Assembly (NCBI GenBank): GCA_964446395.1
Contig: CAYUOK010000003.1
Location: 1 to 34,014, forward strand
Direction of reading: 5' to 3'
From: an uncultured Gemmatimonadaceae bacterium
Lineage (GTDB): Bacteria; Gemmatimonadota; Gemmatimonadetes; Gemmatimonadales; GWC2-71-9
DNA length: 34,014 nucleotides
Shown here one piece after another: positions 20,296 to 27,980 of the stretch. Every line of letters begins with the position of its first letter. Positions within the stretch are counted from its first letter, which is position 1. Below the pieces are notes generated by a model that was not told the DNA's origin, ran no database searches, and saw only the letters and a program-made list of their open reading frames with translations. The translations under genes were made by a program, and so were the position numbers.

Positions 20296-21918
20296 ATGGC
20301 CATCGCTCTTGCACGCCGGTACCGCCCGCGGCGCTTCGCCGACCTCCTGGTGCAGGACCACGTCGCCGCCGCGCTCCGCGGCGCCATCGCCAGCGGGCGC
20401 CTCGGCCACGGCTACCTCCTGACGGGGCCCCGCGGCGTCGGCAAGACCACCGCCGCCCGCATCCTCGCCATGGCGCTCAACTGCGAGCGCCGCGAGACCG
20501 TCACCCCCGCCGGCGAGCCCTGCGGCGAGTGCGACAACTGCCTGCGCATCTGGAACGGCTCCGCCAACCTCGACGTGATCGAGATCGACGCCGCGAGCAA
20601 CCGCGGCGTGGACGACGCGCGCGAGCTGCGCGAGCGCGCCATGTACGCCGCCTCCCAGGAGGGGCACCACAAGGTGTACATCGTGGACGAGGCGCACATG
20701 CTGACCCGCGAGGCATGGAACGCCCTGCTCAAGATCCTCGAGGAGCCGCCCCCGGGCGTCGTGTTCGTCTTCGCCACCACCGAGCCGGCCAAGATCTTCA
20801 ACACCGCGGCGCCGGTGCTCTCGCGGCTGCAGCGCTTCGACTTCCGCCGGATCGGCCCCGCCGCCATCCGGACCCGGCTGGCACAGGTGCTCGCCGCCGA
20901 GAAGCTCGCGGCCGACGACGACGCGCTGACGCTCATCGCGCGCCATGCCGACGGCGGCATGCGCGACGCCCTCTCCGTGCTCGACCAGTGCCTCTCGTTC
21001 GGCGAGGGCGCCGTCACCGCCGAGCGCGTGCGCGAGGTCCTGGGCCTGGTGGGGGACGAGCAGTACGCCGAGGTCCTGCGCGTCGTGACCGCGCGCGACC
21101 CCGCCGGGGTCTTTCCCCTCGTGGCGCGGCTCCTCGACGCCGGCGCCGACCTGGCCGAGTTCCTGAACGGCACCGGGGAAATGCTGCGCTCGCTGATGAT
21201 GCTGCAGGTGGGCGCGGACCCGGACGAGATCACCGAGTCGCTCCGCGCCTCGCTCGAGGAGTACCGCGGCACGCTGACCGAGGGCGACGTCCTCCGGATG
21301 CTTCGCCTCCTGGCCGAGAGCGAGACGTCGGTCCGCCGGAGCGGCAACGCCCGCCTCGCGGTGGAGACGCTGCTGCTCCGCTGGACGATGATGGATCGCA
21401 CGGTGGACCTCGCCGCAGTCATCGCCGGCGGATCCACCGGCCCCGCTGCCCCGCGGCCCCCCCGCGCGGCCAAGGCCGCGCCCGGCCCCGCTGCCCCGCT
21501 GCCCAGCCGCGCGGCCGCGGCTGGCGCCGCGGCCCGCGCAGGCCTCGACCTGGACGCCCTCCTCGCCGCATGGGAATCCATCGTCACGCGCGGTCGCGAG
21601 CAGGGGAGCTTTCTCGGTGCCGCCCTCGCCGCCTGTGAGCCGTCCGGCATCGAGGGCAACGTCGTGCGCCTCCAGCTCACCGAGGAGAACCCGATGTACC
21701 GCGAGGCGCTCGATCGCCAGTCGGGGGCGGTGGACGCGATCATCTCGGCGGTGGCCGGGACCGCCGCGCGCGTGGAGGTGGCACCCCCCGCGAACGCCGC
21801 GCGCCCCGAGCGGCTGACCGAGGAAGGGGTCCGCGCCGAGCGGCTCAGCAAGGTCCGGAAGAAGGATCCGACGCTCGACGTCGCGGCCACCGTCCTCGAT
21901 CTCGAGGTGATGGAGTAG
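20296..21918 (+). CDS. dnaX: DNA polymerase III subunit gamma/tau
   Basis: ATG 20296 gives MAIALARRYRPRRFADLLVQDHV, the canonical DnaX N-terminus; the track start 20224 lies inside ffs. Walker A LLTGPRGVGKTT, zinc module CGECDNC, Walker B YIVDEAHML, and a Pro/Ala-rich linker. Confidence 0.95.
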   Translation: MAIALARRYRPRRFADLLVQDHVAAALRGAIASGRLGHGYLLTGPRGVGKTTAARILAMALNCERRETVTPAGEPCGECDNCLRIWNGSANLDVIEIDAASNRGVDDARELRERAMYAASQEGHHKVYIVDEAHMLTREAWNALLKILEEPPPGVVFVFATTEPAKIFNTAAPVLSRLQRFDFRRIGPAAIRTRLAQVLAAEKLAADDDALTLIARHADGGMRDALSVLDQCLSFGEGAVTAERVREVLGLVGDEQYAEVLRVVTARDPAGVFPLVARLLDAGADLAEFLNGTGEMLRSLMMLQVGADPDEITESLRASLEEYRGTLTEGDVLRMLRLLAESETSVRRSGNARLAVETLLLRWTMMDRTVDLAAVIAGGSTGPAAPRPPRAAKAAPGPAAPLPSRAAAAGAAARAGLDLDALLAAWESIVTRGREQGSFLGAALAACEPSGIEGNVVRLQLTEENPMYREALDRQSGAVDAIISAVAGTAARVEVAPPANAARPERLTEEGVRAERLSKVRKKDPTLDVAATVLDLEVME

Positions 21919-21983
21919 GAACCCGGGTTGCCCCGCTCGGGTGGCACCCGTACTTTGCACTCTGACAGCGACTTAGGTGTGGA

Positions 21984-22292
21984 ATGGCGGATATTCAGCA
22001 GCTCTTTCAGCTCGGCCAGCAGGTCCAGGGCCGGCTGCAGCAACTTCAGATCGAACTGGCGGGCCGCACCGTGGAGGCCACCGCCGGCGCGGGTCTCGTG
22101 CGCGCCACCGTGGACGGCCAGGGCCGGCTCCGTGCCATCGTCATCGACCCGGAGGCATTCGAGGGCCGTGACGCCGAGCTCCTGTCGGACCTCGTCATGA
22201 GCGCCGTGGCCGAGGCGCAGCGGCAGGCTGCGGACATGGCGCAGTCCGAGATGCGGAAGGTGCAGCCCGGTCCGGCGGGGCTGGGGCTCTAG
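21984..22292 (+). CDS. ybaB: YbaB/EbfC family nucleoid-associated protein
   Basis: 102 aa. Q-rich helix (QLGQQVQGRLQQLQIELA), then TVEATAGAGLVRATVDGQGRLRAIVIDPEA..D.ELLSDLVMSAV. Conserved dnaX-ybaB-recR order. Confidence 0.9.
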   Translation: MADIQQLFQLGQQVQGRLQQLQIELAGRTVEATAGAGLVRATVDGQGRLRAIVIDPEAFEGRDAELLSDLVMSAVAEAQRQAADMAQSEMRKVQPGPAGLGL

Positions 22293-22295
22293 TCG

Positions 22296-22889
22296 GTGCG
22301 GGCCATCGAGGCGCTGGTCACCGAGCTGGCGCGCCTGCCCGGCATCGGCCGGAAGACGGCGCAGCGGCTCACCTTTCACCTCCTGCAGCAGGGCCCGGAG
22401 GAGTCGACCAGGCTTGCGCGCGCGCTCGACGCGGTGGCCACGACGGTCCGGGCCTGTGCCGAATGCGGCTACGTGGCGGAAGAGGAGCGGTGCGAGTTCT
22501 GCCGCGATCCCCGCCGCGACGCCGGGCTGATCTGCGTGGTCGAGGAGGCGGCGTCGGTGCAGGCGGTCGAGCGGTCCACCGAGTTCCGCGGCCGCTATCA
22601 CGTCCTCGGCGGGCGCCTCTCCCCCCTCGACGGCATCGGGCCCGAGGCGCTCCGGATCGACGGGCTGCTCGAGCGGGTGCGGGGTGGGGCGGTGCGCGAG
22701 GTGATCCTCGCCACCAACCCGTCCATGGAGGGCGAGGTGACCGCCACCTACCTCCAGCAGGTGCTTGCGGGCGAGGGCGTCCGGGTGACCCGCCTGGCGC
22801 GCGGCCTCCCGATGGGCGGCGACCTCGAGTACGTGGACGGCGTCACCCTGGCGCACGCGCTGCTGGCGCGGCAGGACGTGGCGGGATGA
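22296..22889 (+). CDS. recR: recombination protein RecR
   Basis: 197 aa. HhH motif LPGIGRKTAQRL, C4 zinc finger CAECGYVAEEERCEFC, and Toprim block ICVVEE. Confidence 0.95.
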   Translation: MRAIEALVTELARLPGIGRKTAQRLTFHLLQQGPEESTRLARALDAVATTVRACAECGYVAEEERCEFCRDPRRDAGLICVVEEAASVQAVERSTEFRGRYHVLGGRLSPLDGIGPEALRIDGLLERVRGGAVREVILATNPSMEGEVTATYLQQVLAGEGVRVTRLARGLPMGGDLEYVDGVTLAHALLARQDVAG

Positions 22890-23155
22890 GCGTGCGCGGG
22901 GTGCTGCTGGTGTCGGGCGCGCTCGCGGGCCTGGTGGTGGGGTGGCAGCTGGCCCAGCGCCGGCTCGACCGGCACCGCGCCGACCTCTTCAGCCCCGAGG
23001 CGCGCCGGCGCGCCGACGCCCTCGCGTACATGGCGGGGGAGCGGTCGGCCGAGGCCGCGCGGGTGCTCCGCGAATACCTGGTGTGGGAAACGGAACCCGG
23101 CCTCCGGCGCCGCGCCGGCGCGCTGCTCCGGCGGCTCGAAGTCTCCCTCGGATAG
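22886..23155 (+). CDS. small membrane-anchored protein with HEAT-like helical repeat (89 aa)
   Basis: ATG 22886 overlaps the recR stop (ATGA). TM helix GVLLVSGALAGLVVGW. 'RRRADALAYMAGERSAEAARVLREYL' resembles a PBS-lyase HEAT-like repeat. Confidence 0.5.
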   Translation: MSVRGVLLVSGALAGLVVGWQLAQRRLDRHRADLFSPEARRRADALAYMAGERSAEAARVLREYLVWETEPGLRRRAGALLRRLEVSLG

Positions 23156-23164
23156 GAAGCCCGC

Positions 23165-23656
23165 ATGTCCGGTGCGTCCAGCTGGTCCCTCGCAGAGGCC
23201 GACCACGACAAGATCGTCGTCCTGCTGACGGCGTTCCTGCGGGAGTCGAACGCGCGGACCGCCCTGCTGGTGGACCGCACCGGCCAGATGGTGGCCACCG
23301 CGGGCGAGCCGCCCGAGTTCGACCCGACCACCTTCGCGTCGCTGGCCGCCGCCGACTTCAGCGCCAACGACCAGCTCGCCCGCCTCATCGGGGAGCCGGA
23401 ATTCGGCAGCCTCTTCCACCAGGGCGAGACGGCCTCGATGTACCTGGCCGACATCGCCCGGCGGGTCATCCTCGTGGTCCTGTTCGACACCCGCACCACG
23501 CTGGGCCTCGTCAAGCTGCGGGTCCGCGGCACGGTGGGCGACCTCTCGAAGGTCTTCACGGAAATGTTCGCGCGGGACGGCGGCGTGGCGCCGCGGGTCG
23601 AGCAGGACTTCCTCGGCGACGCCGAGGACGAGATCGACAAACTCTTCGGCGAATAG
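23165..23656 (+). CDS. mglB: roadblock/LC7 domain protein, MglB-like GTPase-activating partner
   Basis: 163 aa. '[15 protein letters not shown]' and '[17 protein letters not shown]' follow the roadblock/LC7 pattern. It lies directly upstream of mglA, the conserved mglBA arrangement. Confidence 0.7.
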   Translation: MSGASSWSLAEADHDKIVVLLTAFLRESNARTALLVDRTGQMVATAGEPPEFDPTTFASLAAADFSANDQLARLIGEPEFGSLFHQGETASMYLADIARRVILVVLFDTRTTLGLVKLRVRGTVGDLSKVFTEMFARDGGVAPRVEQDFLGDAEDEIDKLFGE

Positions 23657-23669
23657 AAGGCACGCGCGC

Positions 23670-24347
23670 ATGTCGATGATCAACTACGCGTCCCGCGAGA
23701 TCAACTGCAAGCTGGTCTACTATGGCCCCGGCCTCGGGGGCAAGACGACCAACCTGGAGCACGTCTACAACAAGGTCGCGCCGGGCGCCAAGGGGAAGAT
23801 GATCTCCCTCGCCACCGAGACCGAGCGGACGCTCTTCTTCGACTTCCTCCCCGTGGACCTCGGCACCATCCGCGGCTTCAAGACCCGGTTCCACCTCTAC
23901 ACCGTGCCGGGCCAGGTGTACTACAACGCCTCGCGGAAGCTCATCCTCAAGGGCGTGGACGGCGTGGTGTTCGTGGCCGACAGCCAGATCGAGCGGATGG
24001 AAGCCAACATCGAGGCGATGCAGAACCTCTACGACAACATGGCCGAGCACGGCTATGACCTCACGCGCATCCCGTTCATCATCCAGTACAACAAGCGGGA
24101 CCTGCCGAACGCCGCCTCCATCGCCGACCTCCAGGCCGCGCTGAACCCCGGCTGGCCGGTGGAGGACGCGGCCCGCCAGCGCCCGCTCGCCGATCCGTAC
24201 CACGAGGGCGAGTTCCTCGTCGGGCGGACCCAGGACGGGGAGTGGATCGAGCGCGCCACCTACTTCGAGGCCGTGGCCGTCAACGGCGAAGGGGTGTTCG
24301 ACACCCTGAAGGCGGTCAGCAAGCTCGTGCTCAAGACGCTCGGCTAG
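23670..24347 (+). CDS. mglA: MglA-family Ras-like small GTPase
   Basis: Near-identical blocks to Myxococcus MglA as I recall it: [88 protein letters not shown] and GVFDTLKAV. Confidence 0.9.
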   Translation: MSMINYASREINCKLVYYGPGLGGKTTNLEHVYNKVAPGAKGKMISLATETERTLFFDFLPVDLGTIRGFKTRFHLYTVPGQVYYNASRKLILKGVDGVVFVADSQIERMEANIEAMQNLYDNMAEHGYDLTRIPFIIQYNKRDLPNAASIADLQAALNPGWPVEDAARQRPLADPYHEGEFLVGRTQDGEWIERATYFEAVAVNGEGVFDTLKAVSKLVLKTLG

Positions 24348-24361
24348 AGGGGGCCGGGGCG

Positions 24362-25000
24362 ATGTGGAACCTCCCGAACATCGTCACGCTGATCCGGATC
24401 TCCATGACGCCGGTCGTGGCCCTGCTGCCGTTCATCGAGGGGTACTGGCCGAAGTTCGTCGCCTTCCTGGTGTTCGTGACGGTGGCGCTCACCGACATCC
24501 TCGACGGGTACCTCGCCCGCAGCCGCAACCAGGTCACCGACCTCGGCAAGCTGCTCGACCCGCTCGCCGACAAGATGCTCCTCCTCGCCAGCCTCATCCC
24601 GATCTACTGGATCACCCGCACCCGCCACGACCTCTACGACATCCCGGTCTGGGGCAGCATCCCCCTCTGGGCCTGCCTCCTGATGCTCGGGCGCGAGTTC
24701 GCCATGACGGCGCTGCGCTGGTGGGGCAAGAAGCACGGCGTCATCATCGCCGCGGGCGGCGCCGGCAAGCTGAAGACGGCGTTCCAGAGCATCTTCATCG
24801 GCGCCATCTTCCTCTGGTTCGCCTTCCGCGACGCCCGGCGCCCGCTCGGCCTCGAGACCAGCCCCTTCTTCCGGTTCTGGAACGAATTCCACGGCGGGCT
24901 GGTGGCCGTCGCCCTCGTGCTGGCCGTCGCGATGACGGTGTACTCGTTCCTCGGCTACCTGTACCGCTATCGGGCGCTTCTCTCCCAGAACCCGCAGTAA
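24362..25000 (+). CDS. pgsA: CDP-diacylglycerol--glycerol-3-phosphate 3-phosphatidyltransferase (CDP-alcohol phosphatidyltransferase family)
   Basis: ATG 24362 is in frame in track ORF 24242..25000. The N-terminus NLPNIVTLIRI and the motif DILDGYLARSRNQVTDLGKLLDPLADK (D-G-x2-A-R-x8-G-x3-D-x3-D) are present, with multiple TM helices. Confidence 0.85.
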   Translation: MWNLPNIVTLIRISMTPVVALLPFIEGYWPKFVAFLVFVTVALTDILDGYLARSRNQVTDLGKLLDPLADKMLLLASLIPIYWITRTRHDLYDIPVWGSIPLWACLLMLGREFAMTALRWWGKKHGVIIAAGGAGKLKTAFQSIFIGAIFLWFAFRDARRPLGLETSPFFRFWNEFHGGLVAVALVLAVAMTVYSFLGYLYRYRALLSQNPQ

Positions 25001-25013
25001 CCCCCCGGACCCC

Positions 25014-26258
25014 ATGGATGTCGAACTCGTCACGGTCGGCACCGAGCTCCTGCTCGGGTTCACCGTGGACACCAACAGCGCCGAGATCGGGCGCGCGCTG
25101 GCGGCCGGCGGCGTGCGCGTCGTCCGGCGCACCGCCGTGCCCGACGACGTGGCCGCCATCCGGGACGCCGTCGCCGCCGCCCTGAAGCGGACCGGCGCGG
25201 TCATCACCACCGGCGGGCTCGGCCCCACCGCCGACGACATCACCAAGTCGGCCGTGGCCGCCCTCTACGGCGCGCGGCTCGCCTTCGACCCCGCCGTCTG
25301 GGCCTCCCTCGAGGAACGCTTCGCCCGGTTCGGACGTGTCCCCACCGCCAACAACCGGGGGCAGGCCGAAGTCCCCGAGGGGGCCGCCGTCCTCCCGAAC
25401 CGGTGGGGCACCGCGCCCGGCCTCTGGCTCGAGGGAGAACCGGGGCTGGTGGTGATGCTGCCGGGCGTCCCCGTCGAGATGCGGAACCTCCTGGCCTCCG
25501 CCGTCCTCCCGCGGCTCGTCGCGCGCGGCGGTACGGCCGTCATCCGCTCCGTCACCGTCCGCACCACCGGCATCGCCGAATCCACCCTGGCGGAGCGGAT
25601 GGGCGACGTCGAAGAGCGAATCGCCCCGCTTTCGCTGGCCTACCTTCCCGGCCTCGGGTCGGTGGATCTCCGGGTCACCGCCTGGAACCTCCCCGCCGAC
25701 GAGGCGGACCGGCGCCTGGCGCAGGCGGCGGACCTCCTGGCCGAACGCGCCGGCGAGCACGCCTACGGCCGCGGCGATGACGACCTGGCGGCGCTCGTCC
25801 TGGACGAGCTGCGGCGCCGCAGGCTCACGATCGCGGTGGCGGAGTCGTGCACCGGGGGGCTGCTCGGTGGGCGCCTGACCGCCGTCCCCGGGAGCTCGAG
25901 CCAGTTCCTCGGCGGCGTCATCGCCTACGCCGACCAGGCGAAGCAGCGGCTCCTGGGCGTCCCCAGCGACCTCCTGGGCGCCAACGGGGCCGTGAGCGAG
26001 CCTGTGGCGCGCGAGATGGCCATCGGGGCGACCCGGGCGCTCGGTGCGGACGTGGCGGTGTCCGTGACCGGCATTGCCGGTCCGGACGGCGGCACCGCCG
26101 ACAAGCCGGCGGGCACCGTCTGGCTCGGCTTCGCGTGGCCGGGGGGGAGCGAGGCGGTCCTCCGCAAGTTCGTGGGGACGCGAAAGGAGGTCCGCGGCCG
26201 GGCAGCTCAGCAGGCCCTCTTCGAGGTCTGGAAGCGCCTCCGGCTCCTGCCAGAATGA
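25014..26258 (+). CDS. cinA: CinA family protein (MoCF-binding domain plus nicotinamide-nucleotide amidohydrolase PncC domain)
   Basis: 414 aa. N-terminus ELVTVGTELLLGFTVDTNSAEIG; GGLGPTADDIT; C-terminal AESCTGGLLG...SGT-like blocks (IAVAESCTGGLLGGRLT, VTGIAGPDGG). Confidence 0.9.
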   Translation: MDVELVTVGTELLLGFTVDTNSAEIGRALAAGGVRVVRRTAVPDDVAAIRDAVAAALKRTGAVITTGGLGPTADDITKSAVAALYGARLAFDPAVWASLEERFARFGRVPTANNRGQAEVPEGAAVLPNRWGTAPGLWLEGEPGLVVMLPGVPVEMRNLLASAVLPRLVARGGTAVIRSVTVRTTGIAESTLAERMGDVEERIAPLSLAYLPGLGSVDLRVTAWNLPADEADRRLAQAADLLAERAGEHAYGRGDDDLAALVLDELRRRRLTIAVAESCTGGLLGGRLTAVPGSSSQFLGGVIAYADQAKQRLLGVPSDLLGANGAVSEPVAREMAIGATRALGADVAVSVTGIAGPDGGTADKPAGTVWLGFAWPGGSEAVLRKFVGTRKEVRGRAAQQALFEVWKRLRLLPE

Positions 26259-26297
26259 CCCGTCCCCGGGGCATGCCCGTTGCTATTAGTTTCCCGT

Positions 26298-26888
26298 ATG
26301 CACACTCCACCGGACCCGCAATTGACTGACGACGAAATGGCAGGGAACGCCGCCGCCGAGGCCGCGGCCCAGGACCCGGCGGCTGCCGGCGTCCACGCGG
26401 GCGTCCCCCTCGAGCCTTCGGCCGAGGCCGTCCGTCGCCTCGAGGAAGAGAACGATGCGCTGAAGGATCGGTACGCGAGGCTCGCGGCCGAGTACGACAA
26501 CTTCCGGAAGCGGACCCTCAAGGAGCGGGACGAACTCACGGCCCGCGTCCAGGGTGCCTTCGCCGGCCGCCTGCTCGACGAGCTCGACGACATGGAGCGG
26601 CTCCTCGCCGGCGACCCCGCCGTCACCACGTCCCAGGCGCTGTACGAGGGGATGGAACTGCTCGCGCGGAAGCTGTGGAAGGAACTCGAGTCGCTGGGCA
26701 TGGAGCGGATCGATCCCGCGGGCCTCCCCTTCGACCCGGCGCTCCATGAGGCGGTCGCCACCACGCCGCCGGCCACCCCCGAGCAGGACCACACCGTCTG
26801 CCGCACCTTCCAGGCAGGGTACCGCTTCAAGGGCGCCCTCCTCCGGCCGGCCCGCGTGCAGGTCTACGCCGATCCGGGGCAGGCCTAG
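26298..26888 (+). CDS. grpE: nucleotide exchange factor GrpE
   Basis: ATG 26298 is preferred over the track TTG 26280. 'RLAAEYDNFRKRTLKERD', 'FDPALHEAV' and 'GYRFKGALLRPARV' are GrpE signature blocks. Confidence 0.9.
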   Translation: MHTPPDPQLTDDEMAGNAAAEAAAQDPAAAGVHAGVPLEPSAEAVRRLEEENDALKDRYARLAAEYDNFRKRTLKERDELTARVQGAFAGRLLDELDDMERLLAGDPAVTTSQALYEGMELLARKLWKELESLGMERIDPAGLPFDPALHEAVATTPPATPEQDHTVCRTFQAGYRFKGALLRPARVQVYADPGQA

Positions 26889-27980
26889 GTGGCGCAGCGG
26901 GACTTCTACCAGGTCCTTGGCGTCCCCGACTCGGCCACGACGGACGAGATCAAGAAGTCGTACCGGCGGCTGGCCAAGCAGCACCACCCCGACGCCAACC
27001 CGAACAACCCCGCGGCGGCGGAGCGCTTCAAGGAAATCTCCGAGGCGCACTCGGTCCTCTCGGATGCCGAGAAGCGGAAGAAGTACGACCAGATGCGCCG
27101 GTTGGGGGCGTTTGAGCCGCGCCGCGGCGGCGCGGCGGGGCCGCGGGGCGGCGGAGCAGGGGGGCAGGGAGCGGCCGCCGAGAATTTCGAGTTCGGGGAC
27201 CTGGGCGGGCTCGGCGACATCTTCTCGTCCATCTTCGGCCGCGGGCGCCGCGAGGAGCCGGTGGCCGAGCATCTCGAGGCGCATGTCGAGGTGCCCTTCC
27301 GGGTCGCCATGCTCGGCGGCAAGGTCCCCGTCACGCTGCCGGTCACGGAGCCATGCGCCACCTGCAAGGGGAGCGGCGCGGCGCCCGGCGCCAAGGTCAC
27401 CACCTGCGACGAGTGCAACGGCCGCGGCTCGATCTCCTTCGGGCAGGGTGGCTTCGCCGTCAACCGGCCCTGCCCCAAGTGCCGGGGCAAGGGAAGCATC
27501 CCGTCGGAGCGGTGCCCCACCTGCGGCGGCGCGGGCGACACGCGCACCGAGCGCCGGGTCATGATCACGGTCCCTCCGCTCACCGAAACCGGGGCCAAGG
27601 TGCGGCTGAAGGGGCAGGGACAGCCCGGACGCGGCGGGGCGCAGGCGGGAGACCTCATCGTCGTGTTCACGGTCGAGGCGGATCGCTTTTTCCAGCGCGA
27701 AGGGCTCGACCTGGTCTGCGAGGTCCCGGTCAACCTGGCCCAGGCGCTCCTCGGCACGCGGCTCCGGGTGCGGACCCTCGACGGCAAGAAGATCGTCCTG
27801 AAGGTGCCGCCAGGCACGCAGCCGGGTCGGAAGTTCCGCATCAAGGGGCAGGGGCTGGAGCGGGCGGGGCGGCGGGGCGATCAGATCGTGGCGGTGCGGG
27901 TCGAGCTGCCGGAGCACCTGACGCCGGAACAGGAAGCGCTGGCGCGGCAGCTCGCCGACGCGACGGGGCTCAAGTACTAG
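26889..27980 (+). CDS. dnaJ: molecular chaperone DnaJ (type I, with zinc-finger domain)
   Basis: J domain DFYQVLGV...YRRLAKQHHPD, a G/F-rich linker, and four CxxCxGxG repeats (CATCKGSG, CDECNGRG, CPKCRGKG, CPTCGGAG). The GTG abuts the grpE stop. Confidence 0.9.
   Translation: MAQRDFYQVLGVPDSATTDEIKKSYRRLAKQHHPDANPNNPAAAERFKEISEAHSVLSDAEKRKKYDQMRRLGAFEPRRGGAAGPRGGGAGGQGAAAENFEFGDLGGLGDIFSSIFGRGRREEPVAEHLEAHVEVPFRVAMLGGKVPVTLPVTEPCATCKGSGAAPGAKVTTCDECNGRGSISFGQGGFAVNRPCPKCRGKGSIPSERCPTCGGAGDTRTERRVMITVPPLTETGAKVRLKGQGQPGRGGAQAGDLIVVFTVEADRFFQREGLDLVCEVPVNLAQALLGTRLRVRTLDGKKIVLKVPPGTQPGRKFRIKGQGLERAGRRGDQIVAVRVELPEHLTPEQEALARQLADATGLKY

Noticed and set aside
19733-20314. 193-aa minus-strand ORF, plus 19875..20078(-) and 19981..20211(+), covering the repeat array and ffs
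   Set aside because: Low-complexity Pro/Arg/Gly translations generated by the G/C octamer repeats. They overlap the SRP RNA gene, and no start context or protein-like composition is present.
20296-21918. Programmed frameshift or slippage site in dnaX (A AAA AAG type or a long A-run)
   Set aside because: I found no A-rich slippery heptamer or homopolymeric A tract in the gene. The only A-rich spot (ggaagaagga, near 21855) is not a slippery motif.
26259-26297. CIRCE/HAIR heat-shock operator or sigma32 promoter upstream of grpE
   Set aside because: No TTAGCACTC-N9-GAGTGCTAA or CTTGAGT-N7-ACTCAAG is present. The CTTGAA/CCCCAT-like spacing does not fit.
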